Shown: piece by piece, positions 1 to 17,000 of the stretch
How the letters are laid out: each line of letters opens with the position of its first letter
Numbering within the stretch: the first letter of the stretch is position 1
Assembly (NCBI RefSeq): GCF_009914755.1
Contig: NC_060936.1
DNA from: the human T2T-CHM13v2.0 reference genome, Homo sapiens
Length of the DNA: 64,000 bases
Direction: 5' to 3' (one strand)
Notes under the pieces: model-generated
What the model saw: only the letters and a program-made list of their open reading frames with translations
The model's database searches: none
Told to the model about the DNA's origin: nothing
Position numbers and translations under genes: made by a program

Positions 1-2535
<2,535 letters not shown>

Positions 2536-3985
2536 CATGTTTTAAATCTACAGTAATTCAAACAGCATTGTACTAATATAAAGACAGACATTTATACCAA
2601 TGGAACAGAATAGAGATCCCAGAAATAAATCCACAAATATACAGTCAACTGATCTTTGATCGGGGGCTAAGAATATACAATGGGGAAGGAATAGTCTCTT
2701 CAACAAATGGTGCTGAGAAAACTGGATATCCATATGGAAAAAAAAATTGGAATTGTTTCTTGCACCGCACACACAAGTCAATGCAAGATGGATTAGATGT
2801 AAATAAAGGCTTAAAATAACAAAATCCTTGAAAGAGACAAAAGTGGAAAGCTTCATGACATTGGTCTTAGCAATAGTTTCTTGGATATAACACTAACAAC
2901 ATTGGCAACAAAAGTAAAAATAAACCAGTGGGGCTACATCAAACTAAAAATCTTTTGCACCGCAAAGGAAACAATTAATAGATTGAAAAGGCAATTTATG
3001 AATTTGGAGAAAATATTTGCAATCCATATATCTGATAAAGGATTTATATTCAAAATATATTAAAAAACCTACAATGCAATCGCAGAAACAAACAAGAAAA
3101 AAAGGACAAAACAAAAAAAGTACACTATTAAAGAAAGAGGAAAAGACTCCCATAAACATTTATCCAAAGAAGACATACAAATGTCAAATAGGTATATAAA
3201 AAGATACTTAACATCATTAATTCTCAGGGAAATCCAAATCAAACTCACAATGATATATCACCTTACACCTGTTAGGACTACCATTATTAAATAACAGATT
3301 TGGGTAAGAATAGGAAGACACTGAAAGCATTGTACACTATCGTTGGGAAAGTAAATTGGTGCAACTGCTATGGAGAAGAGTATGGCGGTGTCTTAAACAT
3401 TTTAAAATATAACTGCCATATGATCCAACATCCTACTTCTGTATATTTATTCAAAATAACTAAAACCAGGATCTTGATTAGATATTTGCACTTCCATGCA
3501 CTTCTATTCTATCTATGAATGATACTTGGAGTATCATTCATAATGGCCGAAGTATGGAAATTTTTAATTGTCCATTGATGTATAAACGGACAAAGCAAAT
3601 GTGATATACATACAATGGAGTATTATTCAGCTATTAATAAAACAAGAAAATTCTGCAATATGCCAAAACATGGATGAACCTGGAAGACATTATGTTAAGT
3701 GGAATTAGCCAGTCACAGGATAAATACTGCATGATCCCATTTATATGAGGTATCTAAAGGAGTCAAACTCACAGAAGCAGAGGGTAGAATGGTGGTTGCC
3801 AGAAGATAAGAGGGAGAGGAATATAGGGAGTTTCTGTTCAATGGATAGAAAGTTTCAGTTATACAAGATAATAAGTTCAAAGATTTGCTGTATTTCATGC
3901 CTATAGTTAATAATACTGTATTGTATATTTAAAATTATTTTTAAAGGGTAGATCTCATATTAAATGTTCCTACTCTAATAAAAAA
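2536..3985 (+). mobile_element. Old L1 (late L1MA or early L1MB-like) ORF2 3' end and 3' UTR
   Basis: Degenerate DQWNRIE and IKLKIFCTAKE motifs, the 3' UTR sequence ATGAACCTGGAAGACATTATGTTAAGTG, and an A-rich end. Confidence 0.88.
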
Positions 3986-4544
3986 TAATGAGAAAAACAG
4001 AATTGAGTTAGCTGACTGGGAATGGTAAACCTGTGACATTTGCCACATAATGCTACACACTAGTTATTTATATTTATTCTTATTTCTCTCAGCAGAATAT
4101 TAACTTGAGAGAGCCAATTAAAGTTGCAATGTGTATGTATGTATCCCCACAATTCTTATAATACTTTGCATTTTAATAGTTACGAAGTAAGATTAACTAC
4201 AAAACCAAGAAGTAAAACAGCAACTATTATACTTAAAAATCATGAGATATTCATTTAAAAGTTCTTGGATTTTAAATATATTTACAGGAAAATATGGCAA
4301 GTAGCAACAAATAGTTACTATCCATTCAATACCACATGACTCAAATTCATGTTAAATATAAGGTTAATGGTAGGGTTCATCTGAAGGACGACAAGCAGAT
4401 GATGTACCTAAAATGATTTCTTCATGTCTGAATGGTTCCAGATGGTCTCCATTTCAGACTTTTCCTGACTGGTCTGAAAGCTTCTCTTCTTGCACGCTAA
4501 TAAGTTAGCCTGCTGTAGTTTTATGGATGCTGGCAGAACAGAGT

Positions 4545-4679
4545 CCAAACATAAAGCCATACATATAGAATCCATTCATTTCAATCAATGAACTGAGGAA
4601 AGCAAATGAAGAAAGGATAGTTTTTTGAACATATAGTGCCAGAACAACTGAATGTCTGTATGGGAAAAAAATGAACCTA
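4545..4679 (+). mobile_element. Ancient L1ME-like ORF2 fragment; host element that resumes at 8341
   Basis: AAGGATAGTTTTTTGAAC...AGAACAACTG...AAAAATGAAC. The sequence continues colinearly after the insertion at 4680-8340. Confidence 0.65.
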
Positions 4680-5102
4680 GGGTGGTATCAATGGGAATGG
4701 TAGAGACTTTCAAGTATCTGTACCTTCATAACAGCAATGACAACACTAGCAAAAATGGCCAAAATCAACTTTTTCAGAACTCTGGAAATGAGCCAAAGTC
4801 TTGGAATATTTACTTAAGGAAGACAATAACAGAATCTTTGTAAGAAAAGTGAGTTATATGGCATTTTAACTTGCCTTTATCCCCTCTCTTCAGCTGTGCA
4901 TTAGATTTAGAAAACAACAGTTCCACAAACAAGGTAGCTGTGAAAATCAGCAGCCTAGCAGTTACGAAAGGGGGCATAAAGGATTTGAAGCCCTCAAAAG
5001 CCAAATCCCTAGAGAATTGTCATCATCTGACAAGCAGGAAGTGCAAGCAGAAAGTGAAAGCAGAGTTGTCAGCTGCCTAAGTGTTGAATGAAGCCATGCA
5101 CC

Positions 5103-5103
<1 letters not shown>

Positions 5104-5146
<43 letters not shown>
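5104..5146. repeat. (CA)n microsatellite, about 21 units
   Basis: Read directly from the sequence. Confidence 0.98.
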
Positions 5147-5147
<1 letters not shown>

Positions 5148-5350
5148 CCCCGGCTTAGTAGAGATTTGGAGAATTACTGTATAAAAGCATTTTAAGAAAT
5201 CTCTGTCCAATTAGTAGCTTACAATTTAGTTAACTGAGCAGAAATTTCTGTAGCCATACAGGACAAAAAATACAAAGTTAACAGAATTAGTTCAGTAAAG
5301 TCACTAAGGAAACAATCAACAACAACAACAAACCTTGCCAGAGGGGGATC

Positions 5351-5863
5351 TGTATCATTTTTCTACTGCTTTAATTTAAAAAATGCCATGAACTACGTGG
5401 CTTAAAATGACACGAGTTTATTATATGTCTAAAGGTCAGAGATCTAAAATTGGTCTCATTGGCTAAAATCAAGGTGTCAGTAGGCCTGTATTCCTTCCTG
5501 AGGCTCTATGGGATAATCTGCATGTTTTCCCTTTTCAGTTTTTAGAGGCCCCCTGCATTACTTCACTCAGTGCCTCATTCTTCCATTACTAAAACCAGCA
5601 AAATATGTTTCAGTTTTTCTCATGCTGCTAAATCTCTCTGACTCTCTATCTTCTGCCTTTCTCTTCCAGATAAAAGAACCCTGTGACTACATTGGACACA
5701 CTCTGATAATGCTGGATAATCTCTCCATTTCAAGGTCAGCTGATGAGCATTCTTAATTCTATCTGTATCTTTAACTGTTCTTTCTCATGAAACTTCATGT
5801 AATCATTGGTTCCAGAGATTAGAATGTGAACATTGTTGGAGATCCATTATTGTGCCTATCACA
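5351..5863 (-). mobile_element. MLT1 (MaLR) solo LTR, MLT1D/E-like
   Basis: TG...CA ends and the typical GGCTAAAATCAAGGTGTCAG...ATTCCTTC motif. Confidence 0.82.
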
Positions 5864-6103
5864 TTTAAGAAAATTAAAACCTAATACCTCATCATAATCT
5901 CTAGTAGTCAGAAGGCAGTGAGATGACATTTGGTGCTGAAAGATTATCAACCAAAAATTCTACTTTCAGCAAAATTATTTTGCAAATATGAAGGAGAAAT
6001 TAAAACATGCATTAAATGAGAACAGAGAGAATATATTATTAGCAAATTTGTGTTAAAAGACATACAAAGGAGGTTCTTTGAGCAGAAATGAAATGAAATG
6101 AAG

Positions 6104-6165
6104 CATATTCACGAGTTCTGGGAATCAGGATGTGGATATTTGGGGACAATTATTCAGCCTCCCAC
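6104..6165 (-). mobile_element. MLT1 LTR terminal remnant
   Basis: CATATTCAC...TTCTGGGAATCAGGATGTGGATATTTGGGGAC...ATTCAGCCTCCCACA. Confidence 0.6.
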
Positions 6166-6681
6166 AGAATTATCTTCATTCTCATAAAGGCTGTCTACAA
6201 ACATCTGGCAGCTAGCATGATACTTAATGATAAAAGACTGAAAACTTTCCTCTTAAGATTAGCAATAGGACAAAATAATTCATTTCTCACTCAATTTATT
6301 GAACATTGTACTAGAAATTCTAGCCAGAGCCACTTGCAAGAAAATGAAATGAAAAATCGAAAAGAAAGAAGCAAAACTATTTCTCTTCCCAGAAGACACA
6401 ATCTGGTATACAAAAAAATTCTACAGAATTTAAAAAGCATATAATAACTTATAAACAAATTCAGCAAGGTTGCACAATACAAAATCAACTTACAGAAATT
6501 AATTATATTTTTATACACTAGCAAAGAACAACTTAAAAATGGAATTTTTAAAATTTCTATTTTAAAAATTGAAAAGTAACAAGAAAACAATCAATGTAAA
6601 TAGAATCAAAAATAAAATACTTAGAAATAACTACGCAAAACCTGTACACTGAAAGCTACAAAACATCACTGAAAAAGTTAA

Positions 6682-7079
<398 letters not shown>

Positions 7080-8467
7080 CATTTAAAGCAATTCTTATCA
7101 AAATCCTAGCCAACATTTTTTTTTCCCAGAAACTGAAAAGCAGATTCTAAAATTCACATAGAAACACAAGGGACCCAGAATATTCAAAACAATCTTGAAA
7201 ATAAAAGATAGAAAAATTCATACTACATGATTTAAAAACTGAGAGCTACAGTAATCAAGATGACATGGTGCTTGCATTAGGATAGACATAAAACTATGAA
7301 GTATAATTGAGATTCCAAGTATAAATCCTTGAACTTATAATAATTAATTTTTGATAAGCATGCCAAGATAATTCAGCGGAGGAAAGAATAGTCTTTTCAA
7401 CAAATAGTACTGGAACAACTAGTTATCCATGGCAAAATACCAAGCTTGACCTCTAACTCACAACATATCCAAAAACAAAACAACAAATAAGCAAACAAAC
7501 AAAAACTCAAAATAGATAAGATTCCAAAATGTAAGTGCTAAAACTCTAAAACTTTTTTAGAAAAATGAGTCCATTTTCTTGACCTTGATTTAAGCAATTT
7601 TTTTTCTAATATGAGACCAAAAGCACAAACAATAAAAGGAAAAATAGACAAACTGTACTTTATAAAAATTATAAAATTTTCTGCCTTGAAAAATCCCATC
7701 AAAAAAGTAAAACAACAAGCCACAAAATAGGAGAAAATGTTTGCAAATCCTGTATCTGTTAAAAGACTTATATAAACAACTGCTGCAATTTAATCAAAAA
7801 TCACATGAAAATATGTTCAACCTTATTTCTCATATATGAAGTGCAAATTAGCACAACAATGAGATACCTCTGTCTACCCATTATAATAGCTTAAAAATCA
7901 AAGACGTATATAAACAACTACTTCAACTTAACATTCAAAAGACAAACATTATACACAAATGTCAATAAGCACAAGACAAAAGAGCAGCATCATTAGTCAT
8001 TTGAGAGATACAAATCAAACCACAATGAGATACCATTTCACACCTACGAGGATAACTATAATAAAAAAGATGCACAAGTGTTAGCAAGGATGTGGATAAA
8101 TTATAACCCTCATACATTGCAAGCAGGAGTCTAAAATGGTACAGCAATTATGGAAAATAACTTGGTAGTTCTCAAAATGTTAAAGGTAGAGTTACCATAT
8201 AATGTTTTTGATGTTGATGAAAATGTTCTGGAATTAGATAGTGGTGATGGCCACACAGTTTTGTGAATATACTAAAGACCATTGAATTGTACATTTTAAA
8301 AGAGTGAGTTTTATGACATGTGAATTATATCTCAATAAAAATGAACATATACACTTAGTTCATGTCACATATATACTGAACACAAAATGGACCATCAATT
8401 CAAACATAAAGTTAGAACTATTAAAACTTTCAGAAAAAAATACAAAAAAAAATATTACTATCTTTGG

Positions 8468-9185
<718 letters not shown>

Positions 9186-10213
9186 TTTGGAATACTTGAA
9201 GATTTCTTAGGTAGATCACCAACTGCATGAACAACAACAACAAAAAAATGAATAGAGTTGACTTCATAAAACTTAACCACTTTTGTTCTCCGAAAGAAAC
9301 TACTAAGAAAATACAAATCAAGTCACAGCCTAGGATTCTGTATATTTGACCTTTGTACAAAATATACATATATAACTTGAAAGTAAATAATAAGACAAAG
9401 TAAAGAAATAGGCAAAATATTTAAAGTCTCTTTGCAAAATAAGCTATATAAATCATCACTAATCACATGAAAATATGTTCAAACTTATTTCTCATACATG
9501 AAATGCAAATTAGCACATCAGTGAGATACCTCTACCCATTATAATAGCTAAACTCATAAAATTCAATAGCAAATATTGAAGAGGATAGAAAGAAACCAGA
9601 ATACTTAAATATTGCTGACAGAAATACAAAATGATACAGCCACTCTGGCAAACAGTTTGGGAGCTTTTAGAAAGTTTAACATATGCTTATAGTATGGCTC
9701 ATCCTACCCATTCCTAGGCCTTTCCATATGAAAAAAGAAAGTATAATTGCTCAAAAAGACTTGCACACTACTACTTCTATCAGGCATATTCAGTAAAGTC
9801 ACATCTGGAAGCAAACATCTGTCAAACATCTGTCAGGAGGAAAATTCCCAACTCATTGTAGCTTATCTGTTCAATGAAATCCTACTCAGCAGTAAAAATT
9901 AAAAAAAAAATCTATTGACACACATAAAATGGATGAATCAATAAAATAGTGTGCCACTGAAAAGAAACCAAACATAAAGGAATACAGATTGCATTATTCT
10001 ACCTTATATGCCATTCTAGAAAAGACAAATTTAATTCAGAAAAACACCAGGTGAGTAGTGCCTAGTCCTAAGTCTGAATGGAAGGCGGAGATTGTCTGAA
10101 AAGAAATACAAGGAAATTTTTGGTGAGATCGAAATTTTTATGACTAGATTGTGGTAATTGCTCAAGTGCATAAAATTCATCAGACATTATCAAAATGTTT
10201 ACTGAAAATGTGT

Positions 10214-11092
10214 TTATTTTCACTTAACATAATTACCTCCAGTTCTATGTTGCTGCAAATGACAGGATTTCTTTCTTTTCTAATGATTGAATAACATTCC
10301 ATTGTGTATACATAATACATTTTCTTTTTCAGTGTATACATTGATGAGAACTTTGGTTGATTCCATATTTTGGCTATTGTGAATAGTGCTGCAATAAATA
10401 TGGGAGTGCAGATATCTCTTTGAAATACTGATTTCATTTATTTTGGATATATACCCAGTAGTGAGATTGCTGGATCATGTGGCAGTTCTACCTTTAGTTT
10501 TTGAGGACCTCCATACTGTTCTCCACAGTGGTTGTACTAATTTACATTCCTACCAACCGTGTATGAGGGTTCCCTTTTCTCTACATCCTTCCCAGCATCT
10601 GTTATTGCCTGTCTTTTTAAATACAAGCCATTTTAACTGGGGTGTAATGATATCTCATTTTGGTTTTGATTTGTGATTCTTTGATGATTAGTGATGTTGA
10701 TTATTTTTTAACTTACCTATTGGCCATTTGTGTATCTTCTTTTGAGAAATGTATGTTCAAATATTTTACCTATTTTTAAATCAGACTATCTGCATTGTTT
10801 TCTTTTGCTATTTGAGCCCTTTATATATTCTGGTTATTAATCCCATATCCAACAGATAGTTTGTAAATATTTTCTCCCATTCTGTGGGTTATTACTTTAC
10901 TTCTTTTCTTCTTTGTGCATAAGATTTTTTAGCTTGATGTAATCCCAATTGTCTAATTTTGCTTTTGTTGCCTGTGTTTTTGAGGTCTTACACAAAAAAT
11001 ATTTGTGCAGATCAATGTCCTGGGATTTTCCCCCAATGTTTTTTTCTAGTAGTTTTATCATTTTTGATCTTATGTTTAAGTCTTTAATGTAT
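10214..11092 (-). mobile_element. L1MA1-like element, inverted segment part 1
   Basis: ORF 10180..10437 contains [28 protein letters not shown]. The element resumes at about 18196. Confidence 0.85.
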
Positions 11093-14000
11093 TTCTTTTT
11101 AATTTAACATTTATTTTAAGTGCAGAGTACATGTGCAGATTTGTTCTATGGGTAAACTTGTGTCATGGGGGTATGTTGTACAGATTATTTCATCACTCAT
11201 GTATTAAGCCTGGTTAGTAATCATTAGTTATTTTTTCCTGATCCTCTCCCTCCTCCTGTCATCCACCCTCCAATAGGTCCCAGTGTGCTTCATACTCTTC
11301 TATGTGCCCATATGTTCTCATCATTTAGCTCCCACTTATAAGTGAGAATATGTGGTGTTCAGATTTCTGTTCTTGCATCTGTTTGCTAAGGATGATGGCC
11401 TCCAGCTCCATCCATGTTCTTGCAAAGGACACGATCTCATTCTTTTTTATGGCTGCATAGTATCTAACTCATGATGTATATCTACCACATTTTCTTTTTC
11501 CAGTCTACCTTTGATGGGCATTTAGGTTGACTCCTTATCATTGCAATTGTGAATAGTGCTGCAATGAACATATGTGTGCATGTATGTTTATGACAGAATA
11601 ATTTATATTTCTTTGGGCATATACTCAGTAATTGGATTACTAAGTGGAATGGTAGTTCTGTTTTTAGGTCTTTGAGGAATTACCAACCACTGTCTTCCAC
11701 AATGGTTGAACTAATTTATATTCCCATCAACAGTGTATAAGCATTCCTTTTTCTCTGGAACCTCACAAGCACCTGTTATTTTTTTCACTGTTTATTAATA
11801 GCCATTCTGACTGGTGTGAGATGGTATCTCATTGTGATTTAAGTTTGCATTTCTCAAATAATCACTGACATTGAACTTTTTTCACATGCTTGTTTGCTTC
11901 ATGTATGTCTTTTAAAATATGTCTGTTCTTGTCCTCTGTCCACTTTTTAAAGAAATTGTTTTTTATCGAAATTTGTTTAAGTTCCTTATAGATGCTGGAT
12001 ATTAGACACTTGCCAGATATATAGTTTGACAATATTTTCTCCCATCCTGTAGGTTGTGTGTTCACTCTGTAGATAGTTTCTTTTGCTGTGCAGAAGCTCT
12101 TTAGTTAAATTAGATCCCATTTGTCAATTTTTGCTTTTGTTGCAATTGTTTTTGGCAACTTTGTCATAAAATACATGCTTGTTCCTGTGCCCAAAATGGT
12201 ATTGCCTAGGTTGTCTTCAAGGGTTTTTATAGTTTTAGATTTTACATTTAAGTCTTTAATCCATCCTGAGTTGAGTTTTGTATATGGTGTAAGAAAGGGG
12301 CCGACTTTCAATCTTCCTCGTTTTGCTAACCAGTTATTCTAGCACCATTTATTGAATAGGGTGTCCTTTACCCATTGCTTGTTTTTGTCAGCCTTGTCAA
12401 GGATCAGATAGTGCTAGGTATGTGGCCGTATTTCTGAGTTCTCTATTCTGTTCCATTGGTCTATATGTCTGTTTTTGTAGCAGTACTATGCTGCTCTGTT
12501 TACTGTAGCCCTGTAGTATAGTTTGAAGTTGGGTAATGTGATTTCTCCACACTTGTTCTTTTTGCTTAGGATTGCCTTGGCTATTCAGGCTTCGTATTTG
12601 TTTGTTTGTTTGTCTTTTTGGTTCCATATGAATTTTTAATTTTTTTTCTAGTCTGTGAAGAGCATCATTGGTACTTTAATAAGAATAATATTTAATATAT
12701 AAATATTTAATCTATAAATTGCTTTGGGCAGTATGGCCATTTTAACAACATTGATTCTTCCTATTCATGAGCATGGAATGTTTTCCCATTTGGTTGTCAT
12801 TCCTTTTTTTCCTTTGGGCAGTGTTTTGTAGTTCTCCATGTAGAGATATTTCACCTCCTTGGTTAGCTGTATTCCCAGTCATTTCATTCTTTTTGTGGTG
12901 ATTGTGAATGGGATTGCCTTCCTGATTTGGCTATTGGCTAGATTGTTGTTGTAGTGTAGGAATGCTAGTGATTTTGTACATTGATTTGGTATCCTGAGAG
13001 TTTGTTAAAGTTATTTATTAGCTGAAGGAGATTTGGGGCTGAGACTATGGGGTTTTCTAGACAAAGCATCATGTCATCTGCAAACCGGGATAGTTTCACT
13101 TCCTCTTTTCCAATTTGGATGCCCTTTATCTCTTTCTGTTGCCTAATTACTCTGCTCAGGACTTCTAATACTATGTTGAATAGGAGTGGTGAGAGAGGAT
13201 ATCTTTGTCCTGTGACAGGTTTCAAGAGGAATGCTTTCAGCTCTTGTCCATTCATTATGATGTTGGCTGTGGGCTTATCATATATGGCTCTTATTATTTT
13301 GGGGTATGTTCCTTCAGTACCCAGTTTGTTGAGAGTTTTTAACATAAAGAGTGTTGAAATTTATTAAAATTCTTCTCCACATCTATTGAGATAATCATGT
13401 GATTTTGTCTTTAGTTCTGTTTATGTAATGAATCACATTTATTGATTTGCATATGTTGAACCAACTTTGCATCCCAGAGATAAAGTCTACTTGATCATGG
13501 TAGATAAGATTTTTGATGTGCTGCTGGATTAGGTTTGCCAGAATCTGAGGATGTTTGCATCAATATTCATCAAGGGTGTCAGTCTGAAGTTTTCTTTTTT
13601 TGTTGTATCTTGGCCAGGTTTTGGTATCAGGAAGACGCTGGTCTTATGGAATGTGTTAAGGAAGTATTTCTCCTCCTCAATTTTTTGGAATAGTTTCAGC
13701 AGGAACGGTACCAGCTCCTCTTTGTACATCTGGTAAAATTCAGTAGTGAATCCATCTGGTCCTGGACTTTTGTTGGTTGGTATGCTATTTTTTACTGATT
13801 CAATTTTGGAGCTCATTATCGGTGTGTTCAAGATTCAACTTCTTCCTGGCTCAGTCTTAGGAGGCTGGGGATGTCTGTGTCCAGGAATTTAATCATTTAT
13901 TCTAGATTTTCAAGTTTATGTTCATAGAGGCATTCATAATATTGTTTGAGGGTTATTTGTATTTCAGTTAGGTCACTGGTAATATTCTCTTTTTCATTTC

Positions 14001-17000
14001 TAATTGTGTTTATCTGGATCTCTCTTTTCTTCTTTATTAGTCTAGCTGGTATTCTATCTGTTTCATTAATTTAAAAAAACAATTCCTGGATTAGTTGATC
14101 TTTTGAATGGTTTTCTGTGTCTCAATCTCCTTCAGTTCAGCTCTGATTTCCGGTATTTATTGTCTTCTAGTTTTGTGTGTGATGTTGTGTGTTGTGCTTT
14201 GTGTTGTGTGTGATGTTAGGTTGCTAAATTGAGATCTTTCTAACTTTTTGATGTTGGCATTCGGTGCTATAAATTTCCCTCTTAATACTGCCTTTGCTGT
14301 TTCTCAGAGATTCTAGTGTCTTGTATCTTTGTTCTCATTAGTTTCAAATAACTTCTTGATTTCTGCCTTAATTTCATTATGTTCCCAAAAGTCATTCAGG
14401 AGCAGGTTATTCAATTTCCATGTAAACATATGGTTTTGAGTGAGTTCATTAGTCTTGATTTATAATTTGATCACGCTGTGATCTGAAAGATTGGCTGTTC
14501 TGATTTCAGTACTTCTGCATTTGCTGAAGGTTTTACTTCCAACCACGTGATGAACTTTATATTATGTTACATGTGGCAATGAGAAGAATGCATATTCTGT
14601 TTTGGGAGTGGGGAGAGTTCCACATATTTCAATCAGGTCCATGTAAGATGCAGTGCTCAGTTCAGGTTCTGAATATCTTTGTTAATTTTTTGCCTCAATG
14701 ATCTAATTCTGTCAGTGGGGTTGTAAAGCATCTCACTATTATTGTGCAGGAGTTTAAGTCTCTTTGAAGGTCTCTAAGAGCTTGCTTTATGAACATAGGT
14801 GCTACTGTGTTGGATGCATATATATTTAGGATAGTTAGGTGTTCTTGTAGAATTTAACCCTTTATCATTATTTAATGCCCCTTTTTGTCTTTTTTCATAT
14901 TTGTTGCTCTAAAGTCACTTTTGTCTGAAACTAGGGTGGCAATCCCTGCTTTCTTCTGTTTTCATTTGCTTGGTAGATTTTTCTTCATCCCTTTATTTTG
15001 AGACTATGTGTGTTATTGTATGTGAGATGAGTCTCTTGAAGACAGCATACAAAGAGATCTTGGTTCTTTATCCAGCTTCCCATTCTGTGCCTTTTAATTG
15101 GGTCATATAGCTAGCTCACTTACATTCCAGGTTGGTATGGATATGTGTGAATTTGATCCTGTCATCATGATGTTGGCTGGTGATTCTGCCGACTTGTTTA
15201 TGTAATTGTTTTATCGTGTCACACGTCTATGTACTTCAGCCTGTTTTTGTAGTGGCTGATAATGTTCTTTCTTTCTCATATTTATGTGCTTCCTTCAGGA
15301 GCTCTAGTAAGGCAGGTCTGGTGCTAACAAATGTCCTCAGCATTTACTTGGCTGAAAAGGACCTTATTTTTCCTTCACTCTTGAAGCTTAGTTTGGCCAG
15401 ATATGAAATTCTGGGTTGGAATTGCTTTCCTCTAAAAATGTTGAATATTGGCCCCCAATCTACTCTGGCTACTGTTAGTCTGATGAGCTTCCCTTTCTAG
15501 GTGGCCTGACCTTTCTATCTAGCTGCCTTGAACACTTTTTCTTTCATTTTGACCTTGGAGAATCTGAAGATTATGTGTCTTAGGGTTAGTCTTCTCATGG
15601 AGTATCTTACTGGGGTTCTCTGGATTTTCTGAATTTGAATATTGGTCTCTCTAGTTTCATTGGGAAATTTCTCATGGATGATATCCTGAAGTATGCTATC
15701 CAAATTGCTTATACTCTCCCCTTCTTTTTCAGGGACACCAATGAGTCTTACATTTGGTATCTTTATATAATTCCACATTTCCCAGAAGTTTCGTGTATTC
15801 CCTTATTTTTTTCTTTATTCTTTTTTGCCTGTCTTATTTCAGAAAGCCAGTATTCAGGCTCTGAGATTCTTTCCTTTGCTTCATCTATTTTGCTATTAAT
15901 ACTTGTGATTGCATTATGAAACTCTTATAGTGTGTTTTCAGCTCTATCAGATCAGTTACATTGTTTTCTATAATGGTTATTTTGTCCTTCAGCTTCTACA
16001 TTGTTTTATTATGATTCTTAACTTACTTGGAGTGGGTTTCAACATACTTTTACATCTTAATGATATTCGATTATATTGATATTCTGAATTCTGTTTCTGT
16101 TATTTCAACTATAATATGGTTTGGCTCTGTGGACCCACTCAAACCTCATCTTGAATTGTAATCTCCACATGTCAGAGGAGGGACCTGGTGAGAAGTAACT
16201 GAATCATGGACGCAGTTTCCTCCATGCTGTTCTCATTATACTGAGTGAGTTCTCACAAAATCTGATGGTTTAAAAGTGTTTGGCAGTTTCCCTCCCACCA
16301 TCCTCTCTCTCCTACTGCCTGTGAAGAAGGTGGTTGCTTCCCCCTTGCCTTCCACCATGATTGTAAGTTTCCTGAGGCCTCCCCAGTCACATGGAACTGG
16401 AAGTTGATTAAACCTCTTTCCTTTATAAATTACCCAGTCTCAGGTCATTCTTTATAGCATTGTAAAAATGGACTACTACAAGCTATCTCAGCCCAGTTCA
16501 GAACACTTGCTGGAGAGGTAGTGTGGTTGTTTGGAGGAAAAAAGATATTCTGACTTTCTGAGTTGTCAGGGTTCTTGGATTGGTTCTTTCTCATCTTCGA
16601 GGGCTTATGTTCTTTCAATCTTTGAAGTTGCTGACCTTTGCATGTTTTTTTCTTTTTTAATCGTATTTGACAACATTAAGGATTTGATTGTGGTATAAGG
16701 TGGATTCAGCTGACTGGCTTTATTTCTGGAAGATTTTATGGGACCAACACTCAGCTCCCAACTCCTGGACTGTGTGCTCTAACTCTAGGGAGCTTGTATT
16801 GGGCCCTGACTTTGTTCACTGGATCATTGAGGTTAGGAATCCACTGCACTGTTGGAAGGTTTGGGACTGAGAGTCTCCTAGACTGCTGGCCACTATGCTC
16901 TGATGGGTAGTGTCAGCCAAAGGATTTCATACTGTAGTGACAGTGGGATCCGTCCTCATTCGCATGTGCCAGCAGCAGTGGCAATGCAGCAGCATGTACA

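Noticed and set aside
4495-4545. Short LTR-like fragment (AGTTAGCCTGCTGTAGTTTTATGGATGCTGGCAGAA)
   Set aside because: Too short to assign a family or boundaries.
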